NCBI RefSeq assembly: GCF_000027125.1
Contig: NC_017626.1
From: Escherichia coli 042
Lineage (GTDB): Bacteria > Pseudomonadota > Gammaproteobacteria > Enterobacterales > Enterobacteriaceae
Length of the DNA stretch: 64,000 nt
Direction: 5' to 3' (one strand)
The notes beneath the pieces were generated by a model. That model ran no database searches and was not told where the DNA came from. It was given only the letters and a program-made list of their open reading frames with translations. This document shows, in pieces, positions 31,098 to 46,937 of the stretch; position 1 is the first letter of the stretch; the number at the start of each line of letters is the position of its first letter. The position numbers and the translations under genes were made by a program.

Positions 31098-31165
31098 TCT
31101 TACCGGGGCGCATCTTGTGCCCCGTTTTCTCCTCTGCGACAATGGCGTTTTTTCGACACTCTCTT

Positions 31166-31864
31166 ATGACCGAAAACGCTGTTCTCCAGTTACGCGCCGA
31201 GCGTATTGCGCGCGCAACACGTCCTTTTCTTGCCCGCGGAAATCGCGTTCGTCGCTGCCAACGCTGTCTTTTGCCAGAGAAATTATGTCTCTGTTCGACA
31301 ATTACCCCAGCACAAGCAAAAAGTCGCTTTTGTTTGCTGATGTTCGACACCGAGCCAATGAAGCCCAGTAATACCGGGCGTCTGATTGCTGATATTTTGC
31401 CTGATACCGTTGCGTTTCAATGGTCGCGTACCGAACCCTCGCAAGATTTGCTGGATCTGGTGCAAAACCCGGACTATCAACCAATGGTGGTCTTTCCCGC
31501 CTCGTATGCTGACGAGCAACGGGAAGTGATCTTCACACCACCTGCCGGTAAGCCACCGCTGTTTATCATGCTCGATGGCACCTGGCCAGAAGCTCGCAAG
31601 ATGTTTCGTAAAAGTCCGTATCTGGATAATCTTCCCGTCATTTCCGTCGATCTTTCCCGGCTTTCTGCCTATCGCCTGCGTGAAGCCCAGGCTGAAGGCC
31701 AATATTGTACTGCCGAAGTAGCCATCGCACTGTTAGATATGGCCGGCGATACCGGGGCGGCGGCAGGGTTAGGCGAGCATTTTACCCGCTTTAAAACACG
31801 CTATCTGGCAGGAAAAACGCAACATCTGGGTAGCATCACAGCAGAACAGTTAGAAAGCGTTTAA
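31166..31864 (+). CDS. yfiP: DTW-domain protein YfiP (tRNA acp3U transferase TapT)
   Basis: ORF 31115..31864; start trimmed to MTENAVLQLRAER (232 aa); DGTW motif present. Confidence 0.82.
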   Translation: MTENAVLQLRAERIARATRPFLARGNRVRRCQRCLLPEKLCLCSTITPAQAKSRFCLLMFDTEPMKPSNTGRLIADILPDTVAFQWSRTEPSQDLLDLVQNPDYQPMVVFPASYADEQREVIFTPPAGKPPLFIMLDGTWPEARKMFRKSPYLDNLPVISVDLSRLSAYRLREAQAEGQYCTAEVAIALLDMAGDTGAAAGLGEHFTRFKTRYLAGKTQHLGSITAEQLESV

Positions 31865-31895
31865 AATCATTCGGTCACTTCTGCGGGAGACCGGT

Positions 31896-34556
31896 ATGAG
31901 TCAGCGAGGACTGGAAGCACTACTGCGACCAAAATCGATTGCGGTAATTGGCGCATCGATGAAACCCAATCGCGCAGGTTACCTGATGATGCGTAACCTG
32001 CTGGCGGGAGGCTTTAACGGACCGGTACTCCCGGTGACGCCAGCCTGGAAAGCGGTGTTGGGTGTGTTGGCCTGGCCGGATATTGCCAGCTTGCCCTTTA
32101 CACCCGACCTTGCGGTTTTATGTACTAATGCCAACCGTAATCTTGTTCTTCTGGAAGAGCTCGGCGAGAAAGGCTGTAAAACCTGCATTATTCTTTCCGC
32201 CCCGGCATCGCAACATGAAGATCTCCGCGCCTGCGCCCTGCGCCATAACATGCGCCTGCTAGGACCAAACAGTCTGGGCTTACTGGCTCCCTGGCAAGGT
32301 CTGAATGCCAGCTTTTCGCCTGTGCCGATTAAACGCGGCAAGCTGGCGTTTATTTCGCAATCGGCTGCTGTCTCCAACACCATCCTCGACTGGGCGCAAC
32401 AGCGTGAGATGGGCTTTTCCTACTTTATTGCGCTCGGCGACAGCCTGGATATCGACGTTGATGAATTGCTCGACTATCTGGCGCGCGACAGTAAAACCAG
32501 CGCCATCCTGCTCTATCTCGAACAGTTAAGCGACGCACGACGCTTTGTTTCGGCGGCCCGTAGTGCCTCTCGCAATAAACCGATTCTGGTGATTAAAAGC
32601 GGACGTAGCCCGGCGGCTCAACGTCTGTTGAACACCACGGCAGGAATGGATCCGGCGTGGGATGCGGCTATTCAGCGTGCCGGTTTGTTGCGGGTACAGG
32701 ATACTCACGAGCTGTTTTCGGCGGTGGAAACCCTCAGCCATATGCGCCCGCTGCGTGGCGACCGGCTGATGATTATCAGCAACGGTGCTGCGCCTGCCGC
32801 GCTGGCGCTGGATGCCTTATGGTCACGCAATGGCAAGCTGGCAACGCTAAGCGAAGAAACCTGCCAGAAACTGCGCGATGCACTGCCAGAACATGTGGCA
32901 ATCTCTAACCCGCTCGATCTACGCGATGACGCCAGCAGTGAGCACTATATTAAAACGCTGGATATTCTGCTCCACAGCCAGGATTTTGACGCGCTGATGG
33001 TTATTCATTCGCCCAGCGCCGCTGCTCCCGCAACAGAAAGTGCGCAAGCATTAATTGAAGCGGTAAAGCATCATCCCCGCAGCAAGTATGTTTCTCTGCT
33101 GACGAACTGGTGTGGCGAGTACTCCTCGCAAGAGGCACGACGATTATTCAGTGAAGCCGGGCTGCCGACCTATCGCACGCCGGAAGGAACCATCACTGCT
33201 TTTATGCATATGGTGGAGTACCGGCGTAATCAGAAGCAACTACGCGAAACGCCGGCGTTGCCCAGCAATCTGACCTCCAATACCGCAGAAGCGCATCTTC
33301 TGTTGCAACAGGCGATTGCCGAAGGGGCTACGTCGCTTGATACCCATGAGGTTCAGCCCATCCTGCAAGCGTATGGCATGAACACGCTCCCCACCTGGAT
33401 TGCCAGCGATAGCACCGAAGCGGTGCATATTGCCGAACAGATTGGTTATCCGGTGGCGCTGAAATTGCGTTCGCCGGATATTCCACATAAATCGGAAGTT
33501 CAGGGCGTCATGCTCTACCTGCGTACAGCTAATGAAGTCCAGCAAGCGGCAAACGCTATTTTCGATCGCGTAAAAATGGCCTGGCCGCAGGCGCGGATCC
33601 ACGGCCTGTTAGTGCAAAGTATGGCTAACCGTGCTGGCGCTCAGGAGTTGCGGGTTGTGGTTGAGTACGATCCGGTTTTCGGGCCGTTGATCATGCTGGG
33701 CGAAGGCGGTGTGGAGTGGCGTCCTGAAGATCAAGCCGTCGTCGCGTTACCACCGCTGAACATGAACCTGGCCCGCTATCTGGTTATTCAGGGGATCAAA
33801 AGTAAAAAGATTCGTGCGCGCAGTGCGCTACGCCCATTGGATGTTGCAGGCTTGAGCCAGCTTCTGGTGCAGGTTTCCAACTTGATTGTCGATTGCCCGG
33901 AAATTCAACGTCTGGACATTCATCCTTTGCTGGCTTCTGGCAGTGAATTTACCGCGCTGGACGTCACGCTGGATATCGCGCCGTTTGAAGGCGATAACGA
34001 GAGCCGGCTGGCAGTGCGCCCTTATCCACATCAGCTGGAAGAGTGGGTAGAATTGAAAAACGGTGAACGCTGCTTGTTCCGCCCGATTTTGCCAGAAGAT
34101 GAGCCACAACTTCAGCAGTTCATTTCGCGAGTCACCAAAGAAGATCTTTATTACCGCTACTTTAGCGAGATCAACGAATTTACCCATGAAGATTTAGCCA
34201 ACATGACGCAGATCGACTACGATCGGGAAATGGCGTTTGTAGCGGTACGACGTATTGATCAAACGGAAGAGATCCTCGGCGTCACGCGTGCGATCTCCGA
34301 CCCTGATAACATCGATGCCGAATTTGCCGTGCTGGTTCGCTCGGATCTCAAAGGGTTAGGCTTAGGTCGACGCTTAATGGAAAAGTTGATTACCTATACG
34401 CGAGATCACGGACTGCAACGTCTGAATGGTATTACGATGCCAAACAATCGTGGCATGGTGGCGCTGGCCCGCAAGCTCGGGTTTAACGTTGATATCCAGC
34501 TCGAAGAGGGGATCGTTGGGCTTACGCTAAATCTTGCCCAGCGCGAGGAATCATGA
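31896..34556 (+). CDS. patZ: Protein lysine acetyltransferase PatZ / Pka (YfiQ)
   Basis: 886-aa ORF with CoA-binding / acyl-CoA-synthetase-like N-region and C-terminal GNAT domain. Confidence 0.92.
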   Translation: MSQRGLEALLRPKSIAVIGASMKPNRAGYLMMRNLLAGGFNGPVLPVTPAWKAVLGVLAWPDIASLPFTPDLAVLCTNANRNLVLLEELGEKGCKTCIILSAPASQHEDLRACALRHNMRLLGPNSLGLLAPWQGLNASFSPVPIKRGKLAFISQSAAVSNTILDWAQQREMGFSYFIALGDSLDIDVDELLDYLARDSKTSAILLYLEQLSDARRFVSAARSASRNKPILVIKSGRSPAAQRLLNTTAGMDPAWDAAIQRAGLLRVQDTHELFSAVETLSHMRPLRGDRLMIISNGAAPAALALDALWSRNGKLATLSEETCQKLRDALPEHVAISNPLDLRDDASSEHYIKTLDILLHSQDFDALMVIHSPSAAAPATESAQALIEAVKHHPRSKYVSLLTNWCGEYSSQEARRLFSEAGLPTYRTPEGTITAFMHMVEYRRNQKQLRETPALPSNLTSNTAEAHLLLQQAIAEGATSLDTHEVQPILQAYGMNTLPTWIASDSTEAVHIAEQIGYPVALKLRSPDIPHKSEVQGVMLYLRTANEVQQAANAIFDRVKMAWPQARIHGLLVQSMANRAGAQELRVVVEYDPVFGPLIMLGEGGVEWRPEDQAVVALPPLNMNLARYLVIQGIKSKKIRARSALRPLDVAGLSQLLVQVSNLIVDCPEIQRLDIHPLLASGSEFTALDVTLDIAPFEGDNESRLAVRPYPHQLEEWVELKNGERCLFRPILPEDEPQLQQFISRVTKEDLYYRYFSEINEFTHEDLANMTQIDYDREMAFVAVRRIDQTEEILGVTRAISDPDNIDAEFAVLVRSDLKGLGLGRRLMEKLITYTRDHGLQRLNGITMPNNRGMVALARKLGFNVDIQLEEGIVGLTLNLAQREES

Positions 34557-34669
34557 GTAAGGTACTGGAAATGTTGACCACTTAATCGGGACTGGTGTTA
34601 TTATTGCCCGCTTATGTCGTCTGCATTGCACAGAGGACCCTTCAATGAACAGAGAAGAAATGCACTGTG

Positions 34670-36025
34670 ATGTTGTCAAAATTTAAGCGTAATAAACATC
34701 AACAACACCTTGCCCAACTACCCAAGATTTCTCAATCAGTTGATGATGTCGATTTCTTTTACGCTCCCGCCGACTTCCGGGAGACGCTGCTGGAAAAAAT
34801 AGCCAGCGCGAAGCAGCGCATTTGCATTGTCGCCCTGTATCTCGAACAGGATGACGGTGGCAAAGGCATTCTGAACGCGTTGTATGAGGCTAAAAGGCAG
34901 CGTCCGGAACTGGATGTGCGGGTGCTGGTCGACTGGCATCGTGCACAACGTGGACGCATTGGCGCTGCGGCATCTAACACTAACGCTGACTGGTACTGCC
35001 GCATGGCGCAGGAAAATCCGGGCGTAGATGTTCCGGTTTATGGCGTTCCAATCAATACCCGTGAAGCCCTTGGTGTTCTGCACTTTAAAGGCTTTATCAT
35101 CGACGATAGCGTACTTTATAGCGGTGCCAGCCTGAACGATGTTTACCTGCATCAGCACGATAAATATCGCTACGACCGTTATCATCTTATCCGTAACCGT
35201 AAGATGTCAGACATTATGTTTGAATGGGTTACACAGAATATTATGAATGGCCGCGGCGTTAATCGTCTGGATGATGTTAATCGGCCAAAAAGCCCGGAAA
35301 TCAAGAACGATATTCGTCTGTTCCGCCAGGAGCTGCGTGATGCCGCTTATCATTTCCAGGGCGATGCCGACAACGATCAGCTTTCCGTAACGCCGTTGGT
35401 AGGTCTGGGGAAATCGAGTCTGTTGAACGAGACCATTTTCCATCTTATGCCTTGTGCCGAGCAGAAACTAACCATCTGCACACCATACTTCAACCTGCCA
35501 GCAATCCTTGTGCGCAATATCATCCAGTTACTGCGCGAAGGGAAAAAGGTCGAAATTATTGTTGGTGATAAAACCGCGAATGACTTCTACATTCCGGAAG
35601 ATGAACCTTTCAAGATAATTGGCGCATTGCCTTATCTCTATGAGATCAATCTGCGTCGTTTCCTGAGCCGTTTGCAGTATTACGTCAATACTGACCAGTT
35701 AGTGGTTCGGTTATGGAAAGATGACGACAACACCTATCACCTGAAAGGGATGTGGGTTGATGATAAGTGGATGTTGATCACCGGTAATAACCTGAACCCG
35801 CGCGCCTGGCGTCTGGATCTGGAAAACGCCATTTTGATCCACGATCCGCAACTGGAGCTTGCGCCACAGCGAGAGAAAGAACTGGAGCTGATCCGCGAGC
35901 ATACCACCATCGTTAAGCACTATCGCGATCTGCAAAGTATTGCCGATTATCCGGTGAAGGTTCGTAAACTCATCCGTCGTTTGCGCCGTATCCGCATCGA
36001 CCGATTAATTAGCCGCATCCTGTAA
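34670..36025 (+). CDS. pssA: CDP-diacylglycerol--serine O-phosphatidyltransferase
   Basis: ORF 34667..36025 (MMLSKFKR..); 451 aa if started at the second Met. Confidence 0.93.
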   Translation: MLSKFKRNKHQQHLAQLPKISQSVDDVDFFYAPADFRETLLEKIASAKQRICIVALYLEQDDGGKGILNALYEAKRQRPELDVRVLVDWHRAQRGRIGAAASNTNADWYCRMAQENPGVDVPVYGVPINTREALGVLHFKGFIIDDSVLYSGASLNDVYLHQHDKYRYDRYHLIRNRKMSDIMFEWVTQNIMNGRGVNRLDDVNRPKSPEIKNDIRLFRQELRDAAYHFQGDADNDQLSVTPLVGLGKSSLLNETIFHLMPCAEQKLTICTPYFNLPAILVRNIIQLLREGKKVEIIVGDKTANDFYIPEDEPFKIIGALPYLYEINLRRFLSRLQYYVNTDQLVVRLWKDDDNTYHLKGMWVDDKWMLITGNNLNPRAWRLDLENAILIHDPQLELAPQREKELELIREHTTIVKHYRDLQSIADYPVKVRKLIRRLRRIRIDRLISRIL

Positions 36026-36070
36026 TCACAACCCCGTCCTGTACGGGGTTTGTTTTTTGGAGGCCACGTT

Positions 36071-36394
36071 TTGCGTATTCTTTTTGTCTGCTCGCTATTG
36101 TTACTTTCTGGATGCAGCCATATGGCTAACGATAGCTGGAGCGGGCAGGATAAAGCTCAACACTTTATCGCCTCGGCGATGCTTTCCGCCGCCGGAAATG
36201 AATATGCACAGCATCAGGGGATGAGTCGCGATCGCAGTGCCACTTTCGGGCTGATGTTCTCTGTTGGGCTGGGCGCGTCAAAAGAACTTTGGGATAGCCG
36301 CCCCGAGGGGAGCGGCTGGAGCTGGAAAGATTTTACCTGGGATGTCGCCGGTGCAACTACCGGCTATACCATCTGGCAACTGGCGCATCACTAA
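36071..36394 (+). CDS. yfiM: Lipoprotein YfiM
   Basis: ORF 36050..36394; likely TTG start at 36071 after a GGAGG RBS; lipobox LLSGCS. Confidence 0.75.
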   Translation: MRILFVCSLLLLSGCSHMANDSWSGQDKAQHFIASAMLSAAGNEYAQHQGMSRDRSATFGLMFSVGLGASKELWDSRPEGSGWSWKDFTWDVAGATTGYTIWQLAHH

Positions 36395-37689
36395 AGACGC
36401 ATCCCTTTTCCTTTACGGTGCAATGTTAGTGAAACCAGAAACGCCACCACGGCCATCAAGGTCACATACCAGAAGAAGGCTGTTTCCATTCCTATTGATT
36501 TCAGTGACAACGCTACGTACTCTGCTGAGCCACCAAATATCGCATTAGCGACGGCATACGACAGACCAACACCTAATGCGCGAACCTGGGCCGGGAACAT
36601 TTCAGCCTTCAGTATTCCACTGATTGAAGTATAAAAACTCACTATCAGCAGGGCGCACATCACCAGACCAAAAGCGGCATAAGGCGAAGAAACGTTCTGC
36701 AATGCTGAGAGAATAGGAACGGTAAAAATGGTTGCCAGAGAACCGAAACATAACATTGAGGTACGACGACCAATCTTATCCGACAGCGCGCCAATAAGTG
36801 GTTGAATAAGCATGAATACAAACAATGCGGCAGTCATAATGCCACTCGCCACGTTGGCATGCATTCCCGCAGTATTTACCAGATACTTCTGCATATAAGT
36901 GGTGAAGGTATAGAAACAAAGGGAGCCCGCAGCGGTAAAACCGAGAACCATGATGAATGCACGGCGATTGCGCCATAATCCTTTCAGAGATCCAGCTTCT
37001 TTTAAAGCGCGTGTTTCTTGTTGTGAAGTTTCATCTAACTGACGACGTAACCACAACGCCACAACAGCTAACACAGCTCCTAACGCGAAAGGAATACGCC
37101 ATCCCCACTCTCTAAGTGCAGCGTCTTCCATGGTGTGTTGTAAAACCACGACAACCAGTAGAGCTAGCAGTTGCCCGCCGATCAACGTCACATACTGAAA
37201 TGATGCGTAAAAACCTTTGCGCCCTTCAACGGCAACTTCACTCATATAGGTGGCGCTGGTGCCATATTCTCCGCCAACGGATAATCCCTGGAATAAACGA
37301 GCAAGAAGCAATAATGCCGGAGCCCAGGTACCGATTGTTTCGTAGCCTGGCAAACAGGCGATAACCAGTGAGCCGAAACACATCATACACACCGATAACA
37401 GCATCGATTTTTTGCGACCATGTTTATCTGCTATGCGGCCAAATAGCCAACCGCCTATCGGGCGCATCAGAAATCCCGCAGCAAAAACACCTGCTGTTTG
37501 CAGTAGTTGAGTCGTCGTGTTCCCGGAAGGGAAGAAGATGTGGGCGAAGTAGAGTGAACAGAACGAGTAGACATAGAAATCGAACCACTCGACCAGATTA
37601 CCTGAAGAGGCCCCCACAATTGCCCAAATGCGGCGACGAGTATCACTACTTGTCAGTTTGCTGTCTGCCGTTACAGTACTTTCAGCCAT
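36391..37689 (-). CDS. kgtP: Alpha-ketoglutarate permease (MFS)
   Basis: 432-aa ORF recognised as KgtP. Confidence 0.95.
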   Translation of the reverse strand: MAESTVTADSKLTSSDTRRRIWAIVGASSGNLVEWFDFYVYSFCSLYFAHIFFPSGNTTTQLLQTAGVFAAGFLMRPIGGWLFGRIADKHGRKKSMLLSVCMMCFGSLVIACLPGYETIGTWAPALLLLARLFQGLSVGGEYGTSATYMSEVAVEGRKGFYASFQYVTLIGGQLLALLVVVVLQHTMEDAALREWGWRIPFALGAVLAVVALWLRRQLDETSQQETRALKEAGSLKGLWRNRRAFIMVLGFTAAGSLCFYTFTTYMQKYLVNTAGMHANVASGIMTAALFVFMLIQPLIGALSDKIGRRTSMLCFGSLATIFTVPILSALQNVSSPYAAFGLVMCALLIVSFYTSISGILKAEMFPAQVRALGVGLSYAVANAIFGGSAEYVALSLKSIGMETAFFWYVTLMAVVAFLVSLTLHRKGKGMRL

Positions 37690-37958
37690 GCCATTATGTC
37701 TCCTGCCGTAATCCGATGCTTTTGTCGGTCGCTGTTGTTTATTTTTTTGGCAAAGAAAATGTTATACATTTGTTGCATATCATTATGCAACCTTAACCAT
37801 GAATTTAGTTAGCAGGAAAATGGTTATTAAGGAGCTTAAGGATAGATTTCTGGTAAGGAGGAAGTATGGAAGTGGGCAATTTGGGGAAGCCGTATTCGCT
37901 GTTGAATCTGGCTTATGTGGGGGGATAATGCGGATATTTACACTCGCCGCAACTCTTC

Positions 37959-37995
37959 GTAGGTCGGGTAAGACGCGCCAGCGTCGCATCCGGCC
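37959..37995. repeat. REP-like palindromic unit
   Basis: gtaggtcgggtaagacgcgccagcgtcgcatccggcc. Confidence 0.55.
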
Positions 37996-38012
37996 TTCTT
38001 CTGCTCCAGCGC

Positions 38013-38040
38013 AAAAAGGCCATCCTGACGGATGGCCTTC
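38013..38040 (-). terminator. rRNA operon terminator
   Basis: ggccatcc-tgac-ggatggcc hairpin with T-run on the minus strand, just 3' of the 5S gene. Confidence 0.7.
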
Positions 38041-38051
38041 TGCTTAATTTG

Positions 38052-38171
38052 ATGCCTGGCAGTTCCCTACTCTCGCATGGGGAGACCCCACACTACCATC
38101 GGCGCTACGGCGTTTCACTTCTGAGTTCGGCATGGGGTCAGGTGGGACCACCGCGCTAAGGCCGCCAGGCA
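38052..38171 (-). rRNA. rrfG: 5S ribosomal RNA
   Basis: 120 nt, near-identical to the E. coli 5S sequence as I remember it (reverse complement). Confidence 0.95.
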
Positions 38172-38262
38172 AATTCTGTTTATCAGACCGCTTCTGCGTT
38201 CTGATTTAATCTGTATCAGGCTGAAAATCTTCTCTCATCCGCCAAAACATCTTCGGCGTTGT

Positions 38263-41166
<2,904 letters not shown>

Positions 41167-41359
41167 TCACAACCCGAAGATGTTTCTTTCGATTCATCAT
41201 CGTGTTGCGAAAATTTGAGAGACTCACGAACAACTTTCGTTGTTCAGTGTTTCAATTTTCAGCTTGATCCAGATTTTTAAAGAGCAAATATCTCAAACAT
41301 CACCCGAAGATGAGTTTTGAGATATTAAGGCAGGTGACTTTCACTCACAAACCAGCAAG

Positions 41360-41435
41360 TGGCGTCCCCTAGGGGATTCGAACCCCTGTTACCGCCGTGA
41401 AAGGGCGGTGTCCTGGGCCTCTAGACGAAGGGGAC
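41360..41435 (-). tRNA. gltW: tRNA-Glu in the 16S-23S spacer
   Basis: 76-nt exact match to E. coli tRNA-Glu (GTCCCCTTCGTCTAGAGGCCCAGGACACCGCCCTTTCACGGCGGTAACAGGGGTTCGAATCCCCTAGGGGACGCCA) on the minus strand. Confidence 0.95.
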
Positions 41436-41520
41436 GTATCAGCCTGCTTCGCAAGACGCCTTGCTTTTCACTTTCTATCAGACAATCTGTGTGAGCACTG
41501 CAAAGCACAGTTCTTTAAGG

Positions 41521-43062
<1,542 letters not shown>

Positions 43063-43243
43063 AAAAGTTTGATGCTCAAAGAATTAAACTTCGTAATGAA
43101 TTACGTGTTCACTCTTGAGACTTGGTATTCATTTTTCGTCTTGCGACGTTAAGAATCCGTATCTTCGAGTGCCCACACAGATTGTCTGATAAATTGTTAA
43201 AGAGCAGTGCCGCTTCGCTTTTTCTCAGCGGCGCGGGGTGTGC

Positions 43244-43271
43244 ATAATACGCTTTCCCGCTACAGAGTCAA
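43244..43271 (-). promoter_or_regulatory. rRNA operon promoter P2
   Basis: Minus strand TTGACT, 16-nt spacer, TATTAT, then GCACACC, as in rrn P2. Confidence 0.7.
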
Positions 43272-43360
43272 GCATTTTTTGCTTTTCTCTGTTGAGATTC
43301 TCAGGAGAACCCCGCTGACCCGGCGGCGTGTTTGCCGTTGTTCCGTGTCAGTGGTGGCGC

Positions 43361-43388
43361 ATTATAGGGAGTTATTCCGGCCTGACAA
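43361..43388 (-). promoter_or_regulatory. rRNA operon promoter P1
   Basis: Minus strand TTGTCAGGCCGGAATAACTCCCTATAATGCGCCACCACTG; A/T-rich UP/FIS region continues to about 43460. Confidence 0.8.
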
Positions 43389-43472
43389 GCGAAAAATATA
43401 AAAACTTTATCGTTCGCTCATTTTTCAGGCAAAACATCTTAAATATAGTCTTTTCCGTCTAATTTATAGACA

Positions 43473-43499
43473 AAAACGAGCCCCGAAGGGCTCGTTTTA
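43473..43499 (-). terminator. clpB rho-independent terminator
   Basis: aaaacgagccc-cgaa-gggctcgtttt hairpin with T-run immediately 3' of the clpB stop. Confidence 0.8.
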
Positions 43500-43502
43500 T
43501 CA

Positions 43503-46076
43503 TTACTGGACGGCGACAATCCGGTCTTCATTAACTTCCAGGCGAATAACTTTACCCGGAACCAATTCACCAGACAGTATTTGCTGTGCCAGCGGGTTTT
43601 CGATCTGCTGCTGGATAGCACGTTTCAGAGGACGTGCACCATAGACCGGATCGTAACCGTTCTCGCTCAGCAGTTTCAGCGCCTCGTCAGAAATGTGGAT
43701 TTCATAACCACGTTCTTCCAGACGTTTGTACAGACGTTTCAACTGAATCTGCGCAATCGACGCAATGTGCTGTTCACCCAGCGGATGGAAGACCACCACT
43801 TCATCGATACGGTTAATGAATTCCGGACGGAAGTTATGGCTTACCACACCGAGCACCAGCTCTTTCATGTGCGCATAATCCAGTTCACCGAAGCGTTCCT
43901 GAATCAAATCGGAACCGAGGTTAGAGGTCATAATGACAACCGTATTACGGAAGTCGACCGTTCTCCCCTGCCCGTCAGTCAGACGCCCATCATCCAGTAC
44001 CTGCAACAGAATGTTGAAGACATCCGGATGCGCTTTTTCCACTTCATCCAGCAGTATGACGGAATACGGACGACGACGCACCGCTTCGGTCAGGTAGCCA
44101 CCTTCTTCATAACCGACATATCCCGGAGGCGCACCAACCAGACGAGACACCGAGTGTTTCTCCATAAACTCGGACATATCGATACGGACCATCGCCTCGT
44201 CGCTATCAAACATAAAGTTCGCCAGCGCCTTACAAAGCTCAGTTTTCCCCACACCCGTTGGGCCGAGGAACAGGAATGAACCAATCGGGCGATTCGGGTC
44301 AGCAAGCCCTGCGCGGCTACGACGAATAGCGTTAGATACCGCATCAACCGCTTCGTTCTGACCAATAACGCGATGGTGCAGCTCTTGCTCCATACGCAGC
44401 AGTTTTTCGCGCTCGCTTTCCATCATGCGAGAAACCGGAATCCCCGTCCAACGCGCCAGCACTTCAGCAATTTCGGCGTCGGTCACTTTATTACGCAACA
44501 GACGCATAGTTTTGCCTTCGAGCTGCGTTGCGGCTTCCAGTTGCTTTTCCAGTTCCGGGATTTTGCCGTATTGCAGTTCAGACATCCGCGCCAGGTCCCC
44601 CACACGGCGAGCCTGTTCAATAGCGATTTTCGCCTGTTCCAGTTCCGCTTTAATGGTCTGCGTACCAGAAAGCGATGCCTTCTCTGCTTTCCACTCTTCT
44701 TCTAACTCAGAGTACTGACGTTCTTTGTCGCTCAGTTCTTCGTTGAGCATATCCAGACGTTTTTTACTGGCTTCATCAGACTCTTTCATTAACGCCTGTT
44801 GTTCCAGTTTGAGCTGGATGATACGGCGATCGAGTCGGTCGAGTTCTTCTGGTTTTGAGTCAATCTGCATACGAATGCTGGATGCTGCTTCATCGATCAG
44901 GTCGATGGCTTTATCCGGCAGCTGACGGTCAGCAATGTAGCGATGTGACAACGTCGCCGCTGCAACAATTGCCGGGTCAGTAATTTGCACATGGTGGTGC
45001 AGCTCGTAACGTTCTTTCAGGCCACGCAGAATCGCAATGGTATCTTCAACAGAAGGCTCGGCAACAAACACTTTCTGGAAACGACGTTCCAGCGCAGCAT
45101 CTTTTTCGATGTACTGGCGATATTCGTCAAGCGTCGTGGCACCTACGCAGTGCAATTCACCACGCGCCAGCGCCGGTTTCAGCATGTTTCCGGCGTCCAT
45201 TGCGCCATCTGCTTTACCCGCGCCGACCATGGTATGTAATTCGTCGATAAACAGGATGACGTTGCCTTCCTGTTTAGCAAGATCGTTAAGTACGCCTTTT
45301 AAACGTTCTTCAAACTCACCGCGATATTTCGCCCCAGCCACCAGCGCGCCCATATCCAGCGCCAGTACGCGGCGGCCTTTCAACCCTTCCGGCACTTCGC
45401 CGTTGATGATACGCTGCGCCAGACCTTCAACGATGGCAGTTTTACCGACGCCTGGTTCACCAATCAGTACCGGGTTATTTTTAGTACGACGTTGCAGCAC
45501 CTGAATGGTACGGCGAATTTCTTCATCACGACCAATCACCGGATCGAGTTTACCCTGTTCGGCTCGTTCGGTAAGGTCGATGGTATATTTTTTCAAAGCC
45601 TGACGTTGGTCTTCAGCACCTTGATCGTTCACGCTTTCACCTCCACGCATTTGTTCAATCGCTTGAGTAATGTTGGCGGTGGTCGCCCCTGCTGCTTTCA
45701 GGATGTCGGCCAGCGTGCCGCGAGACTCAAGTGCCGCCAGAACGAACAGTTCTGACGAGATAAAGTTATCACCACGTTTTTGCGCCAGCTTGTCGCAAAG
45801 ATTAAGAACGCGCACCAGATCCTGTGATGGCTGGACATCACCACCAGTACCTTCAACCTGCGGTAAACGATTTAATGCCTGATTGATATCTGTGCGCAAC
45901 TGGCCAGCATTAATGCCAGCGGATGTTAATAAAGGACTAACCGAACCCCCTTCCTGATTCAGCAGGGCGCTCATTAAATGAAGTGGTTCGATGAATTGGT
46001 TGTCGTGCCCGAGTGCAAGTGATTGGGCATCGGCAAGAGCAAGCTGGAATTTATTAGTAAGACGATCCAGACGCAT
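43503..46076 (-). CDS. clpB: Chaperone / disaggregase ClpB
   Basis: ORF 43503..46088; start trimmed to [18 protein letters not shown] (857 aa); two AAA+ modules ([16 protein letters not shown]). Confidence 0.96.
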
Positions 46077-46114
46077 AACTCCTCCCATAACGGATCAAAG
46101 TTGCTACTGGAGAT

Positions 46115-46144
46115 TAAATGAGGTCATCCCTCAATTATTCAAGG
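46115..46144 (-). promoter_or_regulatory. Sigma-32 heat-shock promoter of clpB
   Basis: Minus strand CCTTGAA, 14-nt spacer, CCTCATTTA. Confidence 0.7.
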
Positions 46145-46205
46145 TTATTGACCAGATTAATGTGAAAAGAAAATCACGCGTACCGGATCGTCTTGATTCT
46201 TTAGG

Positions 46206-46937
46206 TTATATCAGCCAAATGAAACTTGCCATACGACCGGTGGTCTTGTCGCGACGATAAGAGAAGAAAGTCTCATTTTCCGTATATGTACAACGGTCAC
46301 CGCCGAAAATTTGTTCGACACCGACGTTCGCCAGACGCTGCCGGGCAAGGAGATAAATATCCGCCAGATACTTATCACCATGCTGAATGAAAGCTGTACT
46401 CGCTTTGGCGTCTACTGCCATAAACGCCTCGCGAACCTCCGCCCCCACTTCAAACGCGCGTGGACCAATTGCCGGCCCTAACCAGGCGAGAATATTTTCC
46501 GGATTATCAGCAAAACAGGAAACCGTCTCTTCCAGCACGCCTGAGCACAGTCCACGCCAGCCAGCATGAGCGGCGGCGACTTCCGTTCCCGCTCGATTGC
46601 AAAACAGCACGGGGAGGCAGTCGGCAGTCATCACTGCGCAAACCGTGCCCGGCGTGTTGCTATAAGAGGCATCTGCTCGTTTTGAGGCATAAGGTTCGCC
46701 AGTAAGCTTAAGCACATCTTTGCCGTGTACCTGCTCAAGCCAGACCGGTTTTGAAGGCAAACTGCCCGCAGCAAAAAGTCGCTTGCGATTCTCCTCAACG
46801 TGATCCGGGTTATCGCCACAATGAGCACCGAGGTTGAGCGAGTCATACGGGGGCAAGCTCACGCCGCCGATACGAGTGGAGCTACAGGCCGCAACACCTT
46901 TTGGCAGCGGCCACTGCGGGACAATCAGCTTACTCAT
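46206..46937 (-). CDS. pgeF: Purine nucleoside phosphorylase / laccase-domain protein PgeF (YfiH)
   Basis: 243-aa ORF recognised as YfiH. Confidence 0.9.
   Translation of the reverse strand: MSKLIVPQWPLPKGVAACSSTRIGGVSLPPYDSLNLGAHCGDNPDHVEENRKRLFAAGSLPSKPVWLEQVHGKDVLKLTGEPYASKRADASYSNTPGTVCAVMTADCLPVLFCNRAGTEVAAAHAGWRGLCSGVLEETVSCFADNPENILAWLGPAIGPRAFEVGAEVREAFMAVDAKASTAFIQHGDKYLADIYLLARQRLANVGVEQIFGGDRCTYTENETFFSYRRDKTTGRMASFIWLI

Noticed and set aside
43581-44279. 232-aa plus-strand ORF (and several others) antisense to clpB
   Set aside because: Antisense shadow ORFs within clpB; no independent support.
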